A stretch of 44,216 bases of DNA from SAR86 cluster bacterium (lineage in GTDB: Bacteria; Pseudomonadota; Gammaproteobacteria; Magnimaribacterales; D2472): assembly GCA_029254395.1 (NCBI GenBank), contig JAQWXQ010000065.1, positions 1 through 44,216 of the forward strand, read 5' to 3'. Below, piece by piece: positions 1 through 10,123 of the stretch; position 1 is the first letter of the stretch; every line of letters starts with the position of its first letter. Position numbers and translations under genes: made by a program. The notes under the pieces are model-generated. The model was not told where the DNA came from, made no database searches, and was given only the letters and a program-made list of their open reading frames with translations.

Positions 1-18
1 AGTTGTAATTATGCATAT

Positions 19-369
19 TTATAACCAAATAATATAAAAATAAGAGATTGTTAAAATACAACCTAATAAAATAAAAAAGAGTTCATAAGTTTTTCTAATG
101 GTGTTGGCAACTCCCCCCAAACCTTGTGATAGAAAACCTAGTGTTCTTTCAGTCAAGTAATCTGTTCCTACTGTCCATAAACCAATAAATCCATGAATAT
201 TTGCAAGTAATATAAATAGGCTTGTAGATATCTTAAAAAAGATATTGCTGTTAAAAAAAATAAAATTGAATTGATTTGATAGATATAAATATTCTAAGTA
301 AACAATAAAAGCTAAAAAATATAATGCGCTATATCTTTGCATATACCAAAACAGTCTTCCTATATTCAT
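19..369 (-). CDS. sdhD: succinate dehydrogenase hydrophobic anchor subunit
   Basis: WYMQRYSA and HGFIGLWTVGTDY motifs of SdhD; follows sdhC. Start placed at ATG 369, which gives an ATGA overlap with the sdhC stop. Confidence 0.85.
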   Translation of the reverse strand: MNIGRLFWYMQRYSALYFLAFIVYLEYLYLSNQFNFIFFNSNIFFKISTSLFILLANIHGFIGLWTVGTDYLTERTLGFLSQGLGGVANTIRKTYELFFILLGCILTISYFYIIWL

Positions 370-746
370 ACGAGAACCCATATGGTTAGCAAAGCATCAA
401 TAATAAACAAAACCAAAGTTACTACTGACGACTTTTGTGATGATGCAAGACTGTGACTGATTATGTGGAAATCCATCAACATATGACGAACTCCAGTAAA
501 AATATGATACTTAAGAACAACAATGAGCATTATGATGATTGATTTAAACAGATAATTATTATGAAAGAATAAAGTAATTGCATTGTATGAATCCTGAGAA
601 TTCGAAAGCTGAAATAAGCCATAAACAGTTACAGGAAGAACTAAAAAAAAGATTATTATACCGCTAACCCTGTGTGTTATTGATAACATGGCGGTCAAAG
701 GAAGTTTTATCTTTAAGAGGTTAATGTTAACTGGTCTTTTATTCAT
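366..746 (-). CDS. sdhC: succinate dehydrogenase cytochrome b556 subunit
   Basis: RPVNINL, SITHRVSG and YHIFTGVRHMLMD motifs; three hydrophobic helices. Confidence 0.93.
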   Translation of the reverse strand: MNKRPVNINLLKIKLPLTAMLSITHRVSGIIIFFLVLPVTVYGLFQLSNSQDSYNAITLFFHNNYLFKSIIIMLIVVLKYHIFTGVRHMLMDFHIISHSLASSQKSSVVTLVLFIIDALLTIWVLV

Positions 747-793
747 ATTAAAAAGTAAACAAATGTTGATTTTATGCTGATATTTACGGGATG

Positions 794-799
794 ATTATA
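794..799 (-). promoter_or_regulatory. sigma70 -10 box (TATAAT) upstream of sdhC
   Basis: Perfect TATAAT on the minus strand about 48 nt upstream of the sdhC ATG, in the der-sdhC gap. Confidence 0.45.
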
Positions 800-841
800 C
801 CCTAGAATAGAATAGAAAATAGAAGAAAAAAGCTCAAAAAA

Positions 842-2227
842 CTATTTTTTATTTTTCTTAACGTGCTTCATCAACCTTTGTTTCTTTTTGATCTGCCTTT
901 CAGTTAATTTATTCACTTTATTTTCAAAAGGGTTTTTGGATTTTCTAAAAAATATTCTTAACTGAATGCTTTTAAGCTTTAAAGTTTCTCTAAATGAATT
1001 CTCTAGATAGCGTTTATAGTTTTGTGGAATCTTGCTTTCATTGTTTGAATGAATAACAAAAGTTGTTGGATTAATTCCTGCAAAATGAACATACCTAAGT
1101 TTTAATTGTCTGCCTCCCACTGAGGGAGGAGCGCTAGAATTTACAAATGATGCTAATAACTTGTTTAATTCTGAAGTTGTATAAGGTTTTTGTGAGCGCG
1201 TTATAAGTTGGTCAAGGTTTCTAAATAGCCTCTTAAAGCCCCTCCCTTTAATTCCTGAAATTTCTAACTTAATAAAATCAGCAACAAAATTTGATTGTGC
1301 TCTTTTTGAGTTATACATTTCATCTTTATCTTTTCTGCTTAAAAGGTCAATTTTATTAAAAGCAATAAGGATGGGTTTGCCTGTTTCACAAACCATATTA
1401 ATAATTTTTAAGTCTTGATCAACAATACCCTCTGAAGCATCACACAGAAATAAAACAACATCGGATTCTTCAACTGAATGCATTGCTCTAACATATGAGA
1501 AATACTCTACTTTGTGACTTGTTTTATAGCCCTTTCGGATACCAGCAGTATCAATAAAAATATAGTCATTTCCATCAATTTCAAAAGGAATACTGATTGA
1601 ATCAATGGTTGTTCCTGCAATCTCAGAAACAATCAATCTATCTTCATTAATGAATTTATTAATAAAAGTTGATTTGCCTGCATTTGGCCTGCCTATAACA
1701 GCTATCCTCTTCCCTTCTGGATATTCTAACTTTTCCTCAGGTAATTTTCCTTTGAGCAAAGCTCTGAGTTCTTTGATATTCAAGGAATGCTCTGCGCTAA
1801 CCTCAATAAGATCTTTAATTCCTCTTTTTGACAAATCATGAACCAACTGACTATCAGATTTTTTATCTGATTTATTCACTACAGTTATAAATTCTTTATT
1901 TAACTTTCTTAAACCTTCTAAAATATCAAGGTCTTCATTGTTTAAGTCTTGCGACCCATCCAAAACAAAAATGATTAGATTAGATTCCTCAGCAGCTACC
2001 CATGCCTGATCTGCAATATCTTCCTTAAGAATTGATTCATCTTTTGCAATACCTCCAGTATCAATAACAAAGAAGCGGTTTTCACCAAATTCTATATAGC
2101 CATAGTTTCTATCTTTAGTTAGACCTGAATAGTCAGATACTATAGCCTTCCTAGTTCGTGTGAGTTTGTTAAAAAGTGTGGATTTGCCAACATTTGGCCT
2201 GCCTATTATTGCAATTGAGGTAAACAT
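842..2227 (-). CDS. der: ribosome biogenesis GTPase Der (EngA)
   Basis: Two GTPase domains (GRPNVGKST, DTGG, NKSD; GRPNAGKST, DTAG, NKID) plus KH-like C-terminus; follows bamB. Confidence 0.98.
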   Translation of the reverse strand: MFTSIAIIGRPNVGKSTLFNKLTRTRKAIVSDYSGLTKDRNYGYIEFGENRFFVIDTGGIAKDESILKEDIADQAWVAAEESNLIIFVLDGSQDLNNEDLDILEGLRKLNKEFITVVNKSDKKSDSQLVHDLSKRGIKDLIEVSAEHSLNIKELRALLKGKLPEEKLEYPEGKRIAVIGRPNAGKSTFINKFINEDRLIVSEIAGTTIDSISIPFEIDGNDYIFIDTAGIRKGYKTSHKVEYFSYVRAMHSVEESDVVLFLCDASEGIVDQDLKIINMVCETGKPILIAFNKIDLLSRKDKDEMYNSKRAQSNFVADFIKLEISGIKGRGFKRLFRNLDQLITRSQKPYTTSELNKLLASFVNSSAPPSVGGRQLKLRYVHFAGINPTTFVIHSNNESKIPQNYKRYLENSFRETLKLKSIQLRIFFRKSKNPFENKVNKLTERQIKKKQRLMKHVKKNKK

Positions 2228-2239
2228 GTTTCACCGATT

Positions 2240-3388
2240 TTATATTGATAATGAAAATAGGTTAAAACTTTCATCTACAACATAAATTGCATTCCCCCTC
2301 GATGATAAGGATTTAATAGGTTGCTTAGATATTTTTTTTCTTCCAACTGTTTTGCCATTTATTGGATTTACTATGTGCACATACCCCTCATAGTCACCAA
2401 AAAGAAGATTACCTTTAAAGGAGATTGGGTTGCTTAAAGAGCGATTAAGGTACTCATCAGAATTCCATGATTCTTCTAAAGTTTTATTGGAGTATGTAAT
2501 GATTTTTGAATTTTCTTCAACAACTATCACCAATCCTTTTGTGATTACCGGTGAATAGAAAGAAGATGCCTCTGATTTCCAGATTGATCTTTTTTGAGAT
2601 TGGTCAAATATACTAAGATTGCCTTGGTAATTTACAGCATATATGAGTGAGCCTGCAATGACAGGGTTTGAATCTGCATCAACAAGATTGTCTAGTTCTG
2701 ATGTTCCTGATACATAAGAAATAGCACCATCCCAAAGAGGAAAACCAGTGGCAAGCTGAAAAACAACCAATCTACCATTATCAAATGTTGCTATAACCTT
2801 ATCGTCATCTATAACTGGACTACTGCTTCCACGGACTGTTAAAAGTGGTAGTTGCGATCTGTAAGACCAAACTATTTCTCCGTTATTTTTATCAAGAGCG
2901 ATCAACTCGCCAGCACTTGTTTTTACTATCACAACAGATGCATCAATTGCTGCTTGGGATAGAACACCTGCTTTTACATTTTTAGACCATAATTTAGAAC
3001 CATCAATTTGGTCATAAGATATAACGTTTCCCAATTTATCTGAAACCACAACGGCCCCGAAACCTGATGCAGTACCTGAAGAGAGCTCAGAACCCTTTAT
3101 TGTCCACAAAAGATTACCTGTGCTAGCTTCATAAGAATTGACATTGCCAAGCTCATCGGAAAAAAATAACTTATCAGCTGAAAAACTAGGTATAAAATTA
3201 CCTAAATCATTATTACCAGCAAGTTTAATTTTCCAATTCTCTAAAATATTTTCACTATTTTTAACATCGATCAGTGACATTGGTTCATCTAAATCAACTT
3301 CAGAGCTTTCCCAGAATTTCATAGAAGAAATAGAGGAGCAAGATGTTAATAGAAAAAAGAAAAGTAGATAGCAATATTTTAATTTCAT
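2240..3388 (-). CDS. bamB: outer membrane protein assembly factor BamB
   Basis: Lipobox LLTSC, repeated PQQ-like beta-propeller motifs (GxxxW), position hisS-yfgM-bamB-der. Confidence 0.9.
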   Translation of the reverse strand: MKLKYCYLLFFFLLTSCSSISSMKFWESSEVDLDEPMSLIDVKNSENILENWKIKLAGNNDLGNFIPSFSADKLFFSDELGNVNSYEASTGNLLWTIKGSELSSGTASGFGAVVVSDKLGNVISYDQIDGSKLWSKNVKAGVLSQAAIDASVVIVKTSAGELIALDKNNGEIVWSYRSQLPLLTVRGSSSPVIDDDKVIATFDNGRLVVFQLATGFPLWDGAISYVSGTSELDNLVDADSNPVIAGSLIYAVNYQGNLSIFDQSQKRSIWKSEASSFYSPVITKGLVIVVEENSKIITYSNKTLEESWNSDEYLNRSLSNPISFKGNLLFGDYEGYVHIVNPINGKTVGRKKISKQPIKSLSSRGNAIYVVDESFNLFSLSI

Positions 3389-4030
3389 TTACTGCTCTAA
3401 ACTAATATTTGCTATTTTCATTGAGACAATTGATTTTGCTTGCTGATCGTCATACTTATTTTTAGCAAATTCGTATTGCTCTAGACTTCTAGATTTATCA
3501 TTTTTTGCGGCAAAAATATCTCCAATTAATTCATGTATATAAGCATTTGTTGATTCTTCAGAATAGCTGGATAATTCTAATAATGCTTCGTCAAATTGTT
3601 CTAAGTGTATATGTATTCTTGAGATGCTAACCCGAGAAATCTTATTAAAGAATTTATTACCATTAAATCCATCTGTTAAATCTTTAAGATTAGAAAAGAC
3701 TTCTATACTTTCTTCATAACTTCCATTTTCAGCAAGTTCAGCCCCTTTACCTAACATTGCCATCATTGAGTAACCTGAATTAGGGTAATTATTTACCAAG
3801 TTCAAATAAAGGCTTTCAACATCGCTATTTTCAGACGCGGAAGAAATTAACCACTGATTATAGATCCCTGCAGCTTTTTCATTGGAGAGTTTATTTGTAT
3901 AAACGTTGCCAGCAAAGATAGCTGAGACCAAAATTGCAGCAGAAATAATAATTAAAATTAATTTCTTATTACTATTGAAAAAATTTTGAGCTGAAGATGT
4001 TCCAGCCTCATTGTCAAAAATTCTGTTCAT
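3389..4030 (-). CDS. yfgM: YfgM family TPR protein (ancillary SecYEG subunit)
   Basis: N-terminal TM helix, TPR-like helices, ELIGDI motif; syntenic between hisS and bamB. Confidence 0.8.
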   Translation of the reverse strand: MNRIFDNEAGTSSAQNFFNSNKKLILIIISAAILVSAIFAGNVYTNKLSNEKAAGIYNQWLISSASENSDVESLYLNLVNNYPNSGYSMMAMLGKGAELAENGSYEESIEVFSNLKDLTDGFNGNKFFNKISRVSISRIHIHLEQFDEALLELSSYSEESTNAYIHELIGDIFAAKNDKSRSLEQYEFAKNKYDDQQAKSIVSMKIANISLEQ

Positions 4031-4042
4031 TTTTCTTCCTGT

Positions 4043-5305
4043 TTATAGTGACTTGTAAAAAGATAAGACTTCTTCATGTGAGACAGTCTCCTGACTTCTT
4101 AGTTCATCATCCAAATATTTAATTAAAATACTACCGCTCTCCAACTCACCATCACCAATAATAATTGCATGGCTAGCACCTATTTTGTTGGCTCTTCTTA
4201 ATTTTGATTTAAGACTGCCGCTAGATAAGTTAACATCTAGTGTGACGCTTTTATTTAGCGTTCTGAGTTGGTGTGCTATTTTAAATGCTTTTGGCTCTAA
4301 ATTGCTAGTTATAGTTATGAAAGATACAGTCTTCGTCTTATTTAAATCAATATTTGCTATATCTGCCAGCCTCTCAATACCAATTGCCAAGCCAATGGCG
4401 GGCAAATTTTTACCACCTAATTTTTCGGATAAGATATCATAGCGACCACCACCTAAAAATGAATCTTGAGCGCCTAAATTGGAAGAAGATGCCTCAAAGA
4501 CAAAACCGGAATAGTAATCAAGACCTCTTACTAAGGAGTAATCTATCTCGATATTGTTAAACTCAGAAAAAGTTTCTTTGATGTTATTTAAAAGCTGAAT
4601 ATTCTCTAATGGTAAATACTTTTTTAGCACAGGTCCATTTTTTAATATTTCTTGTGTTCTTTCATTTTTAGAATCTAGGACTTTTAATGGGTTTTTTTGC
4701 AGCCTTTCCCGCTCAGTTTCACTAAGTTCTTCTAAATAGGGCGTAAGATATGAAACAAGATCTTCACAGTATTTCTTTTTTGTGTCTGGATCACCCAAAT
4801 GATTAATTTTAATTTTTGCATCTTTAACATCAAGGTCTTTAATAATATTACAAATAAGAGATATCAATTCAAATTCTGAGCTTCCCTCTTCATAACCAAG
4901 GATCTCAACACCTGCTTGATTAAATTGTCTAAACCTACCTTTTTGTGGTCTTTCGTATCTCCACATAGGTCCTATGTACCAAAATTTATTAGTTAAGGTG
5001 TCTTGTTTCTTTTCTATCATTGATCTGATGACACCTGCAGTCCCCTCAGGCCGGAGGCTAATGCTTTTATCATTTCTATCAAAAAAGCTATATATTTCTT
5101 TGTTTACTATATCAGAGACATCTCCAGCAGATCTTTTAAACAAATCTGTCTCCTCTAAAGCTGGGGTACGTATTTCAGAAAAATTAAATGAGCTGAATGA
5201 TAATTTTAATAACTCTTCAACTTTAAAGATTTTTTCTGCTGATTGATGTTTGTCTGAATTTTTAAATAAATCTAACATGCCGCTTAAGGATTGAATTTTT
5301 TTCAT
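4043..5305 (-). CDS. hisS: histidine--tRNA ligase
   Basis: LRPEGTA, RYERPQKGRFRQF, LVRGLDYY, GGGRYD motifs. Start at ATG 5305 with AAGGAG Shine-Dalgarno upstream. Confidence 0.97.
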   Translation of the reverse strand: MKKIQSLSGMLDLFKNSDKHQSAEKIFKVEELLKLSFSSFNFSEIRTPALEETDLFKRSAGDVSDIVNKEIYSFFDRNDKSISLRPEGTAGVIRSMIEKKQDTLTNKFWYIGPMWRYERPQKGRFRQFNQAGVEILGYEEGSSEFELISLICNIIKDLDVKDAKIKINHLGDPDTKKKYCEDLVSYLTPYLEELSETERERLQKNPLKVLDSKNERTQEILKNGPVLKKYLPLENIQLLNNIKETFSEFNNIEIDYSLVRGLDYYSGFVFEASSSNLGAQDSFLGGGRYDILSEKLGGKNLPAIGLAIGIERLADIANIDLNKTKTVSFITITSNLEPKAFKIAHQLRTLNKSVTLDVNLSSGSLKSKLRRANKIGASHAIIIGDGELESGSILIKYLDDELRSQETVSHEEVLSFYKSL

Positions 5306-5306
5306 A

Positions 5307-6401
5307 TTAACTCCTTGCAATAATCTCAATATTTGATTTAGCTATTTTTTCTCTTACCTTTGACTCTAATTCATCAACTAAATTTTCGCTGCTAATTTTT
5401 TTATCAGGCTGCCCATCTACATACATAAGATTTTTTGGGCTTGCCCCAGTTAAGCCAATATCTGCTGCTTTGCTTTCTCCGGGCCCGTTAACATAACAGC
5501 CTATTACAGCAACTTCTATATCTTCTGTTATATCCTCAAAACGAGATTCGAGCTCATTAACAACCTCGATCACGTTAAAGTTTTGTCTAGAGCAGCTTGG
5601 ACAAGCAACAATTTTTACACCCCTGCTTCTTAAATTTAAACTCTTTAATATATCCCACCCAATTTTTATTTCATCAATAGGATCTGAAGCCAAAGAAATT
5701 CTTATGGTATCGCCGATCCCCTCGGACAGCAACATGCCAACGCCTATTGAAGATTTAACTGTGCCAGCCCTATAAGAACCAGCCTCAGTAATACCAAGAT
5801 GGAGTGGTTGAGCTATTTTTGTAGAGATATCTCTGTAAGCCTCTACTGTCATTTCGATATTCGAAGCCTTTAAGCTCATTTTGTAATTTGTAAAATTGTG
5901 CCTATCTAATATATCTACGTGTCGTAAAGCTGATTCTACTAGCGCACTTGAATTTGGTTCACCATATTTAACCTGTAAATCTTTTTCAAGAGAGCCTGCA
6001 TTAACTCCTACCCTAATTGGAACATTGTTATCTTTGGCAGCACTTATTACCTCTCTTATTCTCTGCTCTTTGCCAATATTGCCAGGATTAATCCTGAGAC
6101 AATCTGCAGTACTAGCTACTTCAAGTGCAATTTTATAATCAAAATGTATATCGGCAACAAGTGGTATTTCCACTTCTTTCTTTATTTTTTTAAATGCATT
6201 TGCTGCATCAAATGTTGGTACTGAAACACGAACTATATCTGCTCCTGCGAGTTGAAGGTCATTAATTTGCCCGATAGTTGCCTCAACATTGCATGTATCA
6301 GTATTAGTCATTGATTGAATAGATATGGGGTTATTACCGCCAACTTTAACATCACCAACGCTTATAACTTTTGTTTTTTTTCTTGTTATCCAATCAGTCA
6401 T
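5307..6401 (-). CDS. ispG: (E)-4-hydroxy-3-methylbut-2-enyl-diphosphate synthase
   Basis: [42 protein letters not shown] motifs. Confidence 0.98.
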   Translation of the reverse strand: MTDWITRKKTKVISVGDVKVGGNNPISIQSMTNTDTCNVEATIGQINDLQLAGADIVRVSVPTFDAANAFKKIKKEVEIPLVADIHFDYKIALEVASTADCLRINPGNIGKEQRIREVISAAKDNNVPIRVGVNAGSLEKDLQVKYGEPNSSALVESALRHVDILDRHNFTNYKMSLKASNIEMTVEAYRDISTKIAQPLHLGITEAGSYRAGTVKSSIGVGMLLSEGIGDTIRISLASDPIDEIKIGWDILKSLNLRSRGVKIVACPSCSRQNFNVIEVVNELESRFEDITEDIEVAVIGCYVNGPGESKAADIGLTGASPKNLMYVDGQPDKKISSENLVDELESKVREKIAKSNIEIIARS

Positions 6402-7272
6402 TTAAATAAAATATAGTATTTACATTAAGCCTATCAGCACCGGTGATAAAATCAATATCAAGGCCTTGATAAGTTCCTTTAATAGCATAGACATTTCCAA
6501 CTTTTAAACTGAATGGATATGCTACTGATAACGATAAAGAGTCCCCTTTAGAATAAAGCTCTGATACAAGAATATTACTTCCTGCCTGTATTTCAACCCA
6601 GCACTCATTATCAAAAAATAAGAGTAATTCATTATTAATATTAATATCATTAAGAATTTTCTGTGCGGTCTTTTCGATTGGCAAATTTAAGGCAGGAACT
6701 GTAAGGTTATTTTTAGTTGCACTTGGAATAATTTTTGGTAACTCCACAATATTTTTTTTAGTTATTTTATTTGCCAAGCTACTATTTTGGTTATCGTAAC
6801 TATTATTGTCATCGGCTGAGAATGTATCAGGAATTAATACCTGAATATTCTCACTTACTGATAAATTAGGCTCTAATACTTTGATATCTTTGCTTGTTGA
6901 TTTGGGAAGCATGCCTATAATAACTATTAAACTTAAAACTAAGCCAGCTAACCCAATTAAAATTTTTACAAAAGGGTTATTAATTGATTTGTATGATTTG
7001 TTTATTATTTCGTCTTTTCTATTTTGAACTGCATAAACAGCAGGGAATTCTGGTTTTATATCTAAAATATTTGAGTATTTACGAAAATAAGCTCTAGCAA
7101 AACCTTCGCTTGGAAAGCCTGAGTAACTCCCGCTCTCAATACTTCTTAAATATTTGATATTAATCATATATTTATTTGATACTTCGCTTATTGTTAATCC
7201 AAGCTCCTTTCTTCTTGCTTTGAAAATGATTCCAGTTTTTGCAGAGTTAGCAGACTTAAGATCTTCATTCAT
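6394..7272 (-). CDS. rodZ: cytoskeleton protein RodZ
   Basis: N-terminal HTH ([10 protein letters not shown]), single TM helix, C-terminal DUF4115-like CWVEI...LKVGN; lies between rlmN and ispG. Confidence 0.85.
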   Translation of the reverse strand: MNEDLKSANSAKTGIIFKARRKELGLTISEVSNKYMINIKYLRSIESGSYSGFPSEGFARAYFRKYSNILDIKPEFPAVYAVQNRKDEIINKSYKSINNPFVKILIGLAGLVLSLIVIIGMLPKSTSKDIKVLEPNLSVSENIQVLIPDTFSADDNNSYDNQNSSLANKITKKNIVELPKIIPSATKNNLTVPALNLPIEKTAQKILNDININNELLLFFDNECWVEIQAGSNILVSELYSKGDSLSLSVAYPFSLKVGNVYAIKGTYQGLDIDFITGADRLNVNTIFYLND

Positions 7273-8351
7273 TAGATCTGTCTTGCGTTTATAAGGTTTT
7301 TACCTTTGATTGATTTTTTTAATTTGCCAACTAATTGCCCACAAGCTCCATCAACCGCATCACCTCTTGTAACTCTGAGTGTTGTAATAAAGCCTTTTTT
7401 TACGAGGATATCTTTAAAATTTTGAATATTAAGTTTATTTGATCTTTTGTAATCTGACCCATCAAATGGATTAAATGGTATTAAATTAATCTTGCATGAC
7501 AAACCTGATAAGAGTTTACATAACTCATATGCCAGATCTTTGGAGTCATTTACTCCATCTATAAGAATATACTCTATTGTAATGTTTCGTTTACCATCAT
7601 AAAAAGAAATAAAATCTTTGCAGGATTTAATCAATTTTTCAATTGGGTATTTTTTATTAATTGGGACAATTTCATCTCTTAGTTTATTGTTTGGAGCGTG
7701 CAAAGAGATTGCTAAAGAAATGTCCACATTATTGGCAATACTATCGATTTGAGGAACTATTCCAGATGTACTAATTGTGATTCTTTTTCTTGAAAGCCCA
7801 TAACCCATTTGATCCTTCATAATCTTTGCTGATTCTATAACGGGATTAAAGTTTAAAAGGGGCTCTCCCATACCCATAAAAACAACATTTGTTATAGGTA
7901 TATTTTCACTTTCGCCAAAATTTGCCAGCCATAACTGACCAATAATTTCATCAGAAGTTAAATTTTTTTCAAAACCCTGCGCTCCAGTAGCACAAAAAGT
8001 GCACTGCAAGGCGCACCCAGCTTGAGATGATATGCAAAGGGTGGCTCTTTTCTTTTCCGGTATTCTTACCATCTCTATCATTGTTCCAGAATCAAGCTTA
8101 ATTAGGTATTTCTTTGTTCCCTCTGGTGACAGGAATGACTCCTCGATTATTGGAGGCTTTATGAACGCTACTTCTTTTAATTTAGCCCTAAGGGGCTTAT
8201 TAAAATCCGTCATCTCATCAAAATCAATAATGCCTTTTTGATGTATCCACTTTGATAGCTGCTTGGCTCGAAAAGATGGTTCTTCTAGAGACTTAAAAAA
8301 AACCTCAAGCGATTCTAAAGAGTAACCAAGGAGATTCTTTTTTTCTATCAA
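7272..8351 (-). CDS. rlmN: 23S rRNA (A2503)-C2-methyltransferase RlmN
   Basis: CISSQAGCALQCTFC radical SAM motif, VFMGMGEPL, GACGQL; TTG start. Confidence 0.97.
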   Translation of the reverse strand: MIEKKNLLGYSLESLEVFFKSLEEPSFRAKQLSKWIHQKGIIDFDEMTDFNKPLRAKLKEVAFIKPPIIEESFLSPEGTKKYLIKLDSGTMIEMVRIPEKKRATLCISSQAGCALQCTFCATGAQGFEKNLTSDEIIGQLWLANFGESENIPITNVVFMGMGEPLLNFNPVIESAKIMKDQMGYGLSRKRITISTSGIVPQIDSIANNVDISLAISLHAPNNKLRDEIVPINKKYPIEKLIKSCKDFISFYDGKRNITIEYILIDGVNDSKDLAYELCKLLSGLSCKINLIPFNPFDGSDYKRSNKLNIQNFKDILVKKGFITTLRVTRGDAVDGACGQLVGKLKKSIKGKNLINARQI

Positions 8352-8354
8352 AAT

Positions 8355-8778
8355 TTATAATGACATTATTTCTTCTTTATTGAAAAAATAGTCTATCTCC
8401 CTTGCTGCACTCTCAAGTGAATCTGAGCCATGAACAGCATTTGCATCAATGCTGTGGGCAAAATCAGCTCTTATTGTTCCAGGCGCTGCTTCTTGGGGAT
8501 TGGTGCTTCCCATTAATTCTCTATTTTTAAGAACTGCATTCTCCTTCTAGGACTTGAACAAAGACAGGACCTGAAGTCATAAATTTCTTAAGATCTTCAA
8601 AAAAAGGCCTTCCTTCATGCTCAGCATAAAATCCAGAAGCTAATTCATCATCGAGCTGCATTAATTTTGCAGCAACTACTTTAAGGTTATTATCTTCAAA
8701 TCTAGATATTATTTTTCCTATTACATTTTTTGAAACTGCATCTGGTTTAATTATTGATAGTGTTCTTTCTTTTGACAT
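8355..8778 (-). pseudogene. ndk: nucleoside diphosphate kinase, reading frame broken near 8541 (probably a sequence error)
   Basis: N-terminal [12 protein letters not shown]...FMTSGPV in the called ORF. The C-terminus [41 protein letters not shown]...IDYFF continues in another frame to TAA at 8355. Adding 2 bp restores a 141-aa Ndk. Confidence 0.9.
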
Positions 8779-8819
8779 TTTGTATCCTTAGGTTAAAAAT
8801 TTTGAGTATTATATGAGAG

Positions 8820-9023
8820 TTATTCAAATTCTTCTATCCATAACATCTGAATTGCTTCTAATATTTTTTCGTTTGATTTTTTAGGGTCGCCTACAAAGCC
8901 AGTAAGGTTACATACCTTGCTATGTAAATCTGGAAATGAAATCCATTGAGGATCAATATCAGGGTATTCATCAGATAGCAAAATAGAGATTTCGTGGACG
9001 TCAGACCATTCTAACTTTTCCAT
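8820..9023 (-). CDS. iscX: Fe-S assembly protein IscX
   Basis: LEWSDVHEI, SNEKILEAIQMLWIEE; last gene of the isc operon. Confidence 0.95.
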   Translation of the reverse strand: MEKLEWSDVHEISILLSDEYPDIDPQWISFPDLHSKVCNLTGFVGDPKKSNEKILEAIQMLWIEEFE

Positions 9024-9362
9024 CTAATGGTCCTCTGAAACTTGGTTTATGTTATATCTAGGAAGCTCTACCTCTAAGTCGTCATTGATAGGTATAGTTT
9101 GGCAACTTAATCGAGATGTTTGTTCAAGACCCCATGCTTTGTCAAGCAGATCTTCTTCGGTATCATTTGCATCCTCTAAAGAATTAAACCCCTTTCTAAC
9201 AACTATGTGACAAGTTGTGCAAGCGCATGACATTTCACAGGCATGCTCAATCTTAATACCATTTCTTAATGCAGCTTCGCATACTGTTTCGCCCGGAAGA
9301 TTTTCAATTACAGCCCCATTTGGGCAAATTTCATGATGGGGAAATATCTTGATTTTAGGCAT
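9024..9362 (-). CDS. fdx: ISC system 2Fe-2S ferredoxin
   Basis: IEHACEMSCACTTCH, DLLDKAWGL, SRLSCQ. Start at ATG 9362 (MPKIKIFPH), 1 bp after the iscA stop. Confidence 0.96.
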   Translation of the reverse strand: MPKIKIFPHHEICPNGAVIENLPGETVCEAALRNGIKIEHACEMSCACTTCHIVVRKGFNSLEDANDTEEDLLDKAWGLEQTSRLSCQTIPINDDLEVELPRYNINQVSEDH

Positions 9363-9363
9363 T

Positions 9364-9705
9364 TTATATCGTGAAACTTTCACCACATCCACATACAGCT
9401 TTGGCATTTGGGTTTATAAATTTTATACCCTTATTAAGCCCATCTTCAGAATAATCTACCATGCTGCCAGATAAAAATTTGAGGCTGTGATTGTCAATGT
9501 AAATATTGCATCCTTTTTCTTCAAAAACGTAATCATTAATGTCAATATTGTCTATGAAATCAAATACATATTCATAGCCACTACAGCCAGCTTCTTTTAC
9601 ACCAATTTTAATACCTTCTCCACTGCCCCGCTGCTGAAGACTGGTGCGAAAGTGATTGATTGCTTTTTTTGAAAATGAAATTGATTTTGGGTTAAATTCT
9701 TGCAT
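9364..9705 (-). CDS. iscA: iron-sulfur cluster assembly protein IscA
   Basis: GCSGYEY and CGCGESF motifs; follows iscU. Confidence 0.95.
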   Translation of the reverse strand: MQEFNPKSISFSKKAINHFRTSLQQRGSGEGIKIGVKEAGCSGYEYVFDFIDNIDINDYVFEEKGCNIYIDNHSLKFLSGSMVDYSEDGLNKGIKFINPNAKAVCGCGESFTI

Positions 9706-9707
9706 AG

Positions 9708-10112
9708 TTATTGCTTTGATTCATAATCTTCAATTGCTTGACGTATTGAGTCTTCAGCAAGAACTGAGCAATGGATTTTTATGGGAGGCAATTCAAGAGC
9801 CTCTACAATCTCAATATTTTTGATAGCTTTTGCTTCTTCAAGCGTTTTTCCAATTAACATTTCTACTAACTCACTAGATGATGCAATTGCAGATCCGCAA
9901 CCATATGTTTTAAATTTAACATCTTTAATAACATGAGAGTTGCCTTTTGGTTCACATTTGATTTGAAGTTTCATGACATCACCACATGCAGGAGCTCCCA
10001 CCATTCCAGTACCTACATTTAATTCAGCCGGATCAAACCTTCCAACTTTAAATGCCTGAGGATTATTTAGAGTATCCTCGAATTTATCTACAACTTTTTT
10101 TGAATATGCCAT
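9708..10112 (-). CDS. iscU: Fe-S cluster scaffold IscU (variant N-terminus)
   Basis: GAPACGDVMKLQ, TYGCGSAIASS, LPPIKIHCS motifs. Confidence 0.96.
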   Translation of the reverse strand: MAYSKKVVDKFEDTLNNPQAFKVGRFDPAELNVGTGMVGAPACGDVMKLQIKCEPKGNSHVIKDVKFKTYGCGSAIASSSELVEMLIGKTLEEAKAIKNIEIVEALELPPIKIHCSVLAEDSIRQAIEDYESKQ

Positions 10113-10123
10113 TTTTAGTTACC

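Noticed and set aside
8527-8547. Programmed ribosomal frameshift in ndk
   Set aside because: No canonical slippery heptamer or stimulatory structure at the site; a 2-bp loss in a short repeat is the simpler explanation.
5306-9407. Longer N-termini given by the ORF track for hisS (5329) and fdx (9407); likewise sdhD (381) and ispDF (35362)
   Set aside because: The extensions overlap upstream genes; downstream ATGs fit homologous N-termini and SD or stop-start coupling better.
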